A stretch of DNA of 32,759 nt from Cytophagales bacterium (GTDB lineage Bacteria; Bacteroidota; Bacteroidia; Cytophagales; Cyclobacteriaceae), in the NCBI GenBank assembly GCA_031422215.1, contig JANOQB010000113.1, positions 1 to 32,759 of the forward strand, written 5' to 3'. Positions 26,084 through 32,759 of the stretch are shown here, one piece after another; the stretch's first letter is position 1, and each line of letters begins with the position of its first letter. Under the pieces are notes generated by a model. The model saw only the letters and a list, made by a program, of their open reading frames with translations, was not told where the DNA came from and ran no database searches. The position numbers and the translations under genes are program-made.

Positions 26084-26580
26084 ATGGCCCTTACCAAACT
26101 TGGAACGTATGAAGCAAGCACATCAGGAAATCTACCTTCCATAGGTTCTGCTGCAGCCGACTTTACGCTGACGGCAAACAACATGAAAGATTTAAGTCTT
26201 AAAGATTTTGTAGGAAAGAATGTCGTACTCAATATCTTCCCCAGTGTTGACACCAGCACATGCGCCACATCGGTAAGGGAATTTAACAAACGTGTGACCT
26301 CCATCGACAATACAGTTGTGCTTTGCATTTCGAAAGACCTGCCTATGGCACAGAAAAGATTTTGTGGCGCAGAGGGAATAGACAAGCCATCACACTTTCC
26401 GATTTTCGCAACCGAGGTTTTGGAAAGGCCTATGGTGTGGAATTGTTGGACAGCAGTTTTGCCGGCTTGTTTGCGATGGCAGTGATTGTAATTGATTCCA
26501 CAGGAAAAGTAAAATACACGGAGCTGGTTCCGCAGATTGGAAACGAGCCCAACTATGAGGCTGCGCTAAAGGCGATTTAG
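26084..26580 (+). pseudogene. tpx: thiol peroxidase Tpx with a 1-nt frameshift
   Basis: The N-half ([30 protein letters not shown]) is in one frame and the C-half ([33 protein letters not shown]) is in the -1 frame. The break is at about 26384-26386. Adding 1 nt restores a 165-aa Tpx. Confidence 0.88.
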
Positions 26581-26715
26581 TTCTTTGAGCCGTGTCAAAT
26601 TTATGCTTTTCGCTTGCATTAAAGTCCAACCTTATTATTATCAGTAGATAGCGATAATAGGGTAATAAGGTTTGGGGCCGTCCATAAATTATTTTTTCTA
26701 CCAAGGTTAAGACCA

Positions 26716-26736
26716 CCTGCCTACCTGCAAGGCAGG
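26716..26736. repeat. CCTGCC...GGCAGG mini-palindrome
   Basis: CCTGCCTACCTGCAAGGCAGG has the same arms as the innermost element at 4755-4790. Confidence 0.6.
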
Positions 26737-26763
26737 CACTAGAAATACATTGATTTAAAAAAT

Positions 26764-28305
26764 TCAAAATACCCCAACTGCTTTCAACAATATCCGCGCG
26801 CTCCAGATGATCACCAACACGCCCACGGAGATGAACATGGTTTTGAGCGGAAGCCTTCCGGCCAATTTTGCCGCTAAGGGTGCAGCGATGGTTCCTCCAA
26901 TGATAAGGCCCACGATCACTTGCCAATAGCTAACGCCCAACAAGGTGAAAAAGGTGATGGCACTCGCGAGCGTTACAAAAAATTCTGTAAGACTCACCGA
27001 GCCGATCACATAACGTGGACTTCTGCCTTTGGATATCAACGTGCTGGTGACCAACGGCCCCCAACCACCACCACCAAATGAATCCAAGAAGCCACCGGCA
27101 CCGGCAAGCCATCCTACCCGCTTTACTTTTTTTGGCTCTTTGTTTTTGCGAAATGCCGACAACAAAATTTTTGTTCCCAGCAACAAGGTGTAGCCGGCAA
27201 GGATGGGGCGGATGATGTTGGCATATTCATTTCCAAATGTGGAGAGCAGGTACGCGCCCGCAATGGCACCGAGCACACCGGGGATCAGCAACGTTTTAAA
27301 TAATTTCTTGTTTACGTTTCCAAACTTATAATGGCTATAGCCCGATACGCCACTGGAGAACATTTCGGCTGTGTGTATGCTGCCACTGATAGCCGGAAGG
27401 TTTACGCCTGTTGACAAAAGAACGATGGTACACGTAACACCGTAGCCCATGCCAAGCGCGCCATCCACCAACTGCGCAAGAAAGCCGGCCCCAATCATCC
27501 AATAAAAATTGGCGTCCAAATCCTTTGTCATTTCTTTCATGCCTCCCAAAATGTCGTTGAAAGGAATATAGGACAGCACCAGGTGCCCTACGAACATGAA
27601 GAAAAAAGCAAACAGAAAATAAGAGGCAATGCGTTTCCAGCGCTGCTCACTCACCTTGCGCACATCGTTGTTGTCCGTGGCGAGCACGCGGGTGATTTCA
27701 TTCAGTTTGATGATTTTATCCGATAGGTTTCCATTTAATTTTCCGCGCAGGGCCTGCATGTTGTCGAGCAAATCGTCCACTTGGGTGGGCAGTGCATCGG
27801 CAAAAACTTCTTTCAACCGCTTGGCAATGGTGGGCGACTTTCCGTTGGTGGAGATGGCGATTTTTAGATTTCCCCTTTTTACAATGGAGCCCAAATAGAA
27901 ATCGCATAGCTCCGGAGTGTCGGCCACGTTCACGAGCTTAGCTTTACCTTTCGCATCGGCATGTATCTGTTGACTGATGCTCCGGTCATTGACCGCAACT
28001 ATAACAATGTCTGCATTGTCCAAATCGGTTGATTGATAAGGACGTTCTTCTACTTGAACATCTTGAAACTGTTCAATAAGGTTTTTTACTTCATCAGAAA
28101 TTGAAATTGCTACAAGCTTGATGTGTGTAGCGGGCGAATTATGGAGTACAGCCTGGAGTTTTTCCAATCCAATTTTTCCACCGCCCACAATAAGCAAACG
28201 CATCTGCTCCAGTTTTAAAAAAACCGGAAATAGATTGTTGGTCTCCTTGCCAACGAAAGGAGTTTTATCAACGATTGCTTTTTCTTCTGTAACTTCTGGT
28301 TCCAT
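26764..28305 (-). CDS. fusion of precorrin-2 dehydrogenase/sirohydrochlorin ferrochelatase (CysG-B/Met8-like) and a TauE/SafE (TSUP) transporter
   Basis: N-terminal LFPVFLKL..LIVGGGKIG, VNVADTPELCDF and IAISTNGKSP. C-terminal AQLVDGALGMGYG, GFLDSFGGGGWGP and IGSVSLTEFFV with multiple TM helices. Confidence 0.9.
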   Translation of the reverse strand: MEPEVTEEKAIVDKTPFVGKETNNLFPVFLKLEQMRLLIVGGGKIGLEKLQAVLHNSPATHIKLVAISISDEVKNLIEQFQDVQVEERPYQSTDLDNADIVIVAVNDRSISQQIHADAKGKAKLVNVADTPELCDFYLGSIVKRGNLKIAISTNGKSPTIAKRLKEVFADALPTQVDDLLDNMQALRGKLNGNLSDKIIKLNEITRVLATDNNDVRKVSEQRWKRIASYFLFAFFFMFVGHLVLSYIPFNDILGGMKEMTKDLDANFYWMIGAGFLAQLVDGALGMGYGVTCTIVLLSTGVNLPAISGSIHTAEMFSSGVSGYSHYKFGNVNKKLFKTLLIPGVLGAIAGAYLLSTFGNEYANIIRPILAGYTLLLGTKILLSAFRKNKEPKKVKRVGWLAGAGGFLDSFGGGGWGPLVTSTLISKGRSPRYVIGSVSLTEFFVTLASAITFFTLLGVSYWQVIVGLIIGGTIAAPLAAKLAGRLPLKTMFISVGVLVIIWSARILLKAVGVF

Positions 28306-28307
28306 TT

Positions 28308-29966
28308 TTAATTCTCTTGCAGTCTGAATACAAAATCCCCAAAACGTTCTCCCGCTTTTCTATTGGATTTAAAACCCGAGAACAGTATATCAAGTTCTTG
28401 TAGTATCGCCACTTCGTCTAAATTTTCTTTGAAGAGTTTGTTGAGCCGCTCGCCCTGATGATCGCCACCAACATGGAGATTATATCGGCCATACGCGGTG
28501 CCTACCAACCCAATCTCAGCCACATACGGACGCGCACATCCATTGGGGCAGCCCGTCATGCGGATGATGATGTCTTCTTCCTGCAAATTATTTTTAGCAA
28601 GCAGAGGTTCTATTTTTGAAATCAGCGAAGGCAAATAGCGCTGCCCCTCGGCCAAAGCAAGCGGGCATGTGTTGAGTGCCACACACGCCATAGAATTTTT
28701 TCGGATGGAGGATGCTCCTTCAGTATGTTGTGTGAGTTTATAATTTTTCAAAATAGTTTGCACTACAACTTTGTCAGCCTCCTGTATATCCGACAAAATC
28801 AAATTTTGATTGCAGGTGAACCTGAAATTAGCCTTGCCTGTTTTGGCCACTTCCAATAATGCCGATCTTAATTTTATAGTTTTATCATCCAACACCCTGC
28901 CATTTTCGATAAACACCGTGTAGTACCACAAGCCTTGGAAGCTTTTATGCCACCCATAAAAGTCTTTGCGGTCAGTGAATGAATAAGGTCTGGCCGTTTC
29001 GAATTTAAAACCGATACGCTTTTCAAGTTCTTCCTTAAACCAGGCCACACCATATTTGTCGAGCGTGTATTTTAGCCGGGCCAATTTTCGGTCGCTACGG
29101 TTTCCAAAATCGCGTTGAATGGTGAGTGTTTCGTAAATGGCTTTCAGTGTTTTCTCTTCCCCCGCCACAAAGCCAATGAGAGATGCCAACCGTGGATACG
29201 TTTCTTTGCTACCGTGAGTGGCCGATAACCCGCCACCAATGGCGAAATTAAATCCAAGCAATTTATTGTTTTCGATAACGGCTATTAACCCGATGTCGTT
29301 CGCAAATACATCCACATCATTGTTGGGTGGAATGGCAATGGCTATTTTAAACTTGCGTGGCAGATAGCGGTCTTGATACAAAGGATCTTCCTCCTCTTTT
29401 TTGTCGGCAATTTTTTCTTCATCCAACCAAATTTCGTAGTACGCCCGTGTCTTAGGCATCAGCATCTCACTGATTTTATCAGCGTAGGCAAAAACCTGAT
29501 CGTGGATGGGCGACTGCAGGGGATGCGAGCTGCACACAACATTTCTATTGATGTCTCCACAGGTAGCGATGGAATCCAACTTTGCTTTGTTGAATGCCTG
29601 GATGGTAGGTTTGATTTTTGATTTTATCAATCCATGTAATTGTATTGTCTGGCGCGTAGTGATTTTGATGATGCCCGTTGAATTCTCCCCGGCTATTTCA
29701 TCGGTGGCAATCCATTGTGCAGGAGTAAGAAATCCGCCCGGCAAGCGCAAGCGTATCATAAAAGAATACAAACGGTCTAATTTTTTTTCGGCACGCTCTT
29801 CACGTTGATCCCGGTCGTCTTGCTGGTACATACCATGAAATTTGATCACAGCCTGATCGTCTTCGCGGATGGCTCCAGTTACTTCATCCGTAAGACTTTC
29901 GCGAACGGAACCACGCAAGCCATCGCTTTCACGCTTTACTTTTTCTATTGGAGATAAATTTTGCAC
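28308..29966 (-). CDS. cysI: sulfite reductase [NADPH] hemoprotein beta subunit
   Basis: KFHGMYQQDDRD, FMIRLRLPGG, TTRQ, YLPRKFK, CVALNTC and TGCPNGC. Likely start is GTG 29966. The ORF-track extension runs through repeats. Confidence 0.95.
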   Translation of the reverse strand: MQNLSPIEKVKRESDGLRGSVRESLTDEVTGAIREDDQAVIKFHGMYQQDDRDQREERAEKKLDRLYSFMIRLRLPGGFLTPAQWIATDEIAGENSTGIIKITTRQTIQLHGLIKSKIKPTIQAFNKAKLDSIATCGDINRNVVCSSHPLQSPIHDQVFAYADKISEMLMPKTRAYYEIWLDEEKIADKKEEEDPLYQDRYLPRKFKIAIAIPPNNDVDVFANDIGLIAVIENNKLLGFNFAIGGGLSATHGSKETYPRLASLIGFVAGEEKTLKAIYETLTIQRDFGNRSDRKLARLKYTLDKYGVAWFKEELEKRIGFKFETARPYSFTDRKDFYGWHKSFQGLWYYTVFIENGRVLDDKTIKLRSALLEVAKTGKANFRFTCNQNLILSDIQEADKVVVQTILKNYKLTQHTEGASSIRKNSMACVALNTCPLALAEGQRYLPSLISKIEPLLAKNNLQEEDIIIRMTGCPNGCARPYVAEIGLVGTAYGRYNLHVGGDHQGERLNKLFKENLDEVAILQELDILFSGFKSNRKAGERFGDFVFRLQEN

Positions 29967-29993
29967 GATGCTAATTTTTGAATACAATTTTAA

Positions 29994-30068
29994 AGTAGGC
30001 AGTAGGCAGATTGCAGTAGGCAGCATGACGCCCTGCCTACTGGTTACTGTTACTGCTTACTGCCTACT
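29994..30068. repeat. inverted array of heptamer tandem repeats (AGTAGGC)n / (GCCTACT)n
   Basis: AGTAGGC AGTAGGC AGATTGC AGTAGGC ... GCCTACT GGTTACT GTTACT GCTTACT GCCTACT lies between cysJ and cysI. Confidence 0.85.
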
Positions 30069-30072
30069 ACTT

Positions 30073-31758
30073 TCAGTACACGTCCTTTTCATATCTTCCT
30101 TCCTCCTTCAACTGGTTCAGATAATCCTCTGCTTGTTCCTGTGTTTTGTTTCCTGTGTTCATGATGATTTGCAGCAATGCCTTTTCAACATCTGCGCTCA
30201 TGGGTTCTTTGGCACCACATACATATACATAAGCACCTGCTTCAAGCCAACGATAAAACTCCTCTGCTTGGGCCAGCATTTTGTGTTGCACATACACCTT
30301 CTCGCGTTGATCGCGGGAGAACGCCACATTTGCCCGTGTGAGCGAACCTGTTTGCAAGTAGCTTTGGATTTCCGTCTGATATAAAAAATCGGTTTCAAAA
30401 TGTTGATCGCCAAAAAACAACCAGCTCTTGCCGCTCGCGCCTGTAGCATCGCGCTCTTCAATGAAAGCACGGAACGGGGCAATGCCAGTGCCTGGCCCGA
30501 TCATGATAATATCTTTTTCAGCAGCAGGAATTTTGAATTGAGAATTTTTGTGAACGTAAAATTCAAACGTTGAATTTTCGTTTAGGAAGGCTAAATAATT
30601 GGAACACAATCCATGATACTTTTCGTCATTGATGGTGAAGCAATTTCGTGCCACAGTAATGTGCACTTCCCCTTCATGTGTTTTCAACGAAGAAGAAATG
30701 GAATACAACCGCGGAGTGATTGGCTCCAGTATGGTTACTACTTCTTCAAATTGTGCTATATCCTTTACGGGATATATTTTGAGCAAGTTCAGCAAGTCGA
30801 TGCGTGTGACGGGGATTTCCTGCTGTACAATAGCTGCATATTTTTTTACTACGCGTTCAGGCAGATAAACAATGTTGAGTTTCTTTTTCAATAAATCGAG
30901 AACGGATATCTCAACCTCCTTATGCAAAAGTTTTTTTGAGGGATCGATGTTGACCAATGCTGTTATTGCTTCCACAATTTCCTGCGGGTTCTCTGGCACA
31001 ATCCCAATCGAATCGCCCGGTTGATAGGCCAACTCTTCGGCTGCAATTTCGAGGTGGTAAGTTTCTTTGGCGGATCCTTTTCCGTTCAAATTTATTTTGG
31101 TGAGGACAGTGCCGGTATAATTTTTTTTTATACCGGGTTTTCGCTGAGCAATGGGTTGGATATGCTTGGGAACAACACCTGCCTGCAAGGAGATCAAAAT
31201 ATTTTCAAACCATTGATTGGCATCGGCCTCATAATCAGTATCACATTTTTGAAGGGCGATGATCCTTTTCGCGCCAAGCGTTTGCAAGCGAGCATCCACG
31301 TCTTCGCCTGCTTTGCAAAACAATGGATAGGCCGTGTCGCCCAATGCCAACACGCCATAGTTGAGCTTGTCGAGTGAAAATGTATTTTGGTGAATGTGGT
31401 CGTAAAACTTTTTTGCGGCAGCCGGGGGTTCTCCTTCTCCGTGCGTGCTGATGATCACAATAAGATATTCTTCCTTTTGCAAATCGCTAAGGCGATATTG
31501 ATCCAGACCCGATAACTTCACGGTGATGCCTTTTCTTTTTGCCGTGGTTGCAAAACCGGTTGCCAATTTTTTAGAATTCCCCGTATCGGTGCCAAACAAA
31601 ATAGAAATTTTTGAAATCGAAGACATTACTTGTTCCAAAGGTTCTGTTGATCCCTGGGTCATGAGCCCCGCAAGGTAGCCGTTGACCCATATCAATTCCT
31701 CTTTGGTGAGGGTTTCAGCCAACTGCTTCAGTGTTTTAAGTTTTGGCTCGGCTAGCAT
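30073..31758 (-). CDS. cysJ: sulfite reductase [NADPH] flavoprotein alpha subunit
   Basis: Flavodoxin GTDTGNS, STHGEGEPP and LGDTAY..FC. FAD RLYSISS. NADPH GPGTGIAPFR. Terminal RYEKDVY. Confidence 0.95.
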   Translation of the reverse strand: MLAEPKLKTLKQLAETLTKEELIWVNGYLAGLMTQGSTEPLEQVMSSISKISILFGTDTGNSKKLATGFATTAKRKGITVKLSGLDQYRLSDLQKEEYLIVIISTHGEGEPPAAAKKFYDHIHQNTFSLDKLNYGVLALGDTAYPLFCKAGEDVDARLQTLGAKRIIALQKCDTDYEADANQWFENILISLQAGVVPKHIQPIAQRKPGIKKNYTGTVLTKINLNGKGSAKETYHLEIAAEELAYQPGDSIGIVPENPQEIVEAITALVNIDPSKKLLHKEVEISVLDLLKKKLNIVYLPERVVKKYAAIVQQEIPVTRIDLLNLLKIYPVKDIAQFEEVVTILEPITPRLYSISSSLKTHEGEVHITVARNCFTINDEKYHGLCSNYLAFLNENSTFEFYVHKNSQFKIPAAEKDIIMIGPGTGIAPFRAFIEERDATGASGKSWLFFGDQHFETDFLYQTEIQSYLQTGSLTRANVAFSRDQREKVYVQHKMLAQAEEFYRWLEAGAYVYVCGAKEPMSADVEKALLQIIMNTGNKTQEQAEDYLNQLKEEGRYEKDVY

Positions 31759-32594
31759 GCTATGGTGAGATCAGTTTTCTTTTTTGATGTACGATCAGCA
31801 AGTGGTATAAAGTAATCTTCTTCGCGCCCGCTGTTTTCTTTCCACTTAAATTTTCTATGAAGCGTTGCCACGCGGCCAATGATGACCAGCGTAGGCGAAG
31901 CGAATTTTTTAGTGTGGCCAATCTTCGTTTCAAATTCATGGAGATTGTAAACGGTCACTTTTTGAAAAGGCGTAGTGGCTTGTTCGATCATGGCCAGTTC
32001 CTTATCGGAAGAAATCCGGTTGTCCAATAATTTTGCAACTACTGTGGGGAGCGCCTCGGAGGACATATAAAACACCAGCGTATCGTTTGTATCGGCCAAC
32101 TCATTCCAAAAAAGCTGGGTTTTCGTTTCTAGATCATAGCAAGTAATAAACCTGACCCCGTTGGAATATCCTTTGGCGGTAAGCGGGATGCCGGCACTAG
32201 CGGCCGCACCCGATGCGGCAGTTACACCCGGAATGATTTCATAAGGAATGTTATTTTCTGTTAACGTGGCAAGCTCATCGAGTATGTTTGAAAAGAACGA
32301 TACATCACCACCTTTCAGGCGCAACACCAATTTATTTTGCAGCGCATGCTTTACCAAAAGTTCATTGATGGTTTTCTGTGAGGTTGATTTTTCATTGCCG
32401 CCTTGCTTTCCTGCATATAGAACTGTAGCACCCATCTTTACATGCAAAAGCAACTCCGGGCTCACCAACCGGTCCACAATAACCACGTCCGCTTGTTTTA
32501 AAAAGCGAAGGGCTTTTAGGGTGATCAATTCAGGATCGCCAGGGCCCGCGCCTGCCAAAATTACTTTTCCGATATTTTTAATTATGCTTCTCAT
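31752..32594 (-). CDS. cobA: uroporphyrinogen-III C-methyltransferase (SUMT; CysG-A)
   Basis: GAGPGDPELITLKA, RLKGGD, PGVTAASG and GIPLT. Overlaps cysJ by 7 nt. Confidence 0.95.
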   Translation of the reverse strand: MRSIIKNIGKVILAGAGPGDPELITLKALRFLKQADVVIVDRLVSPELLLHVKMGATVLYAGKQGGNEKSTSQKTINELLVKHALQNKLVLRLKGGDVSFFSNILDELATLTENNIPYEIIPGVTAASGAAASAGIPLTAKGYSNGVRFITCYDLETKTQLFWNELADTNDTLVFYMSSEALPTVVAKLLDNRISSDKELAMIEQATTPFQKVTVYNLHEFETKIGHTKKFASPTLVIIGRVATLHRKFKWKENSGREEDYFIPLADRTSKKKTDLTIAC

Positions 32595-32602
32595 TCAACT
32601 CT

Positions 32603-32759
32603 TCATTGTATCATGCATGCCCCAACCGTTACATGGCTGGTTTCGTCAATAAGAATTCCGCCTCCGTTTGATCGCAGGTTTTTATAGGAATCAAATGGAA
32701 TGGGTGAGGCAGTCCGCAGCGTGGCTTTGATCACATCGTTGAGGCCGGCACTTTCCGGT
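32603..32759 (-). CDS. cysN: sulfate adenylyltransferase subunit 1, C-terminal fragment (partial)
   Basis: Manual translation gives ..LNDVIKATLRTASPIPFDSYKNLRSNGGGILIDETSHVTVGACMIQ*, matching the CysN domain III tail. The operon context agrees. Confidence 0.88.
   Translation of the reverse strand, partial: PESAGLNDVIKATLRTASPIPFDSYKNLRSNGGGILIDETSHVTVGACMIQ

Overview
A 32.8-kb chromosomal window from a Bacteroidota genome, probably Cytophagales. The evidence is a T9SS C-terminal domain, TAnnTTTG promoter boxes, the rpmB-rpmG-DUF4295-ftsY order and A-rich leaders without Shine-Dalgarno sequences. Most genes are housekeeping or metabolic: rpmB, rpmG, ftsY, amtB with a BBP2-type porin, a PIF1-like helicase, mazG, glmM, an IscS-like desulfurase, an ABC exporter, truA and a frameshifted tpx. 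The window ends in the 3' part of a sulfate assimilation operon (cysN'-cobA-cysJ-cysI and a fusion of siroheme dehydrogenase/chelatase to a TauE transporter). The best candidate for an uncharacterised system is at the left end: a translationally coupled lipoprotein pair (parallel beta-helix protein and diheme c-type cytochrome) followed by an 11-Cys GDCCVxC mini-protein. The second notable feature is the intergenic DNA. It holds many unrelated short palindromic repeat families, including nested elements and a 122-bp MITE with perfect 17-bp inverted repeats and an 8-bp target duplication. No transposase, CRISPR array, tRNA or rRNA was seen. All family assignments come from motif recognition by eye, not database searches.
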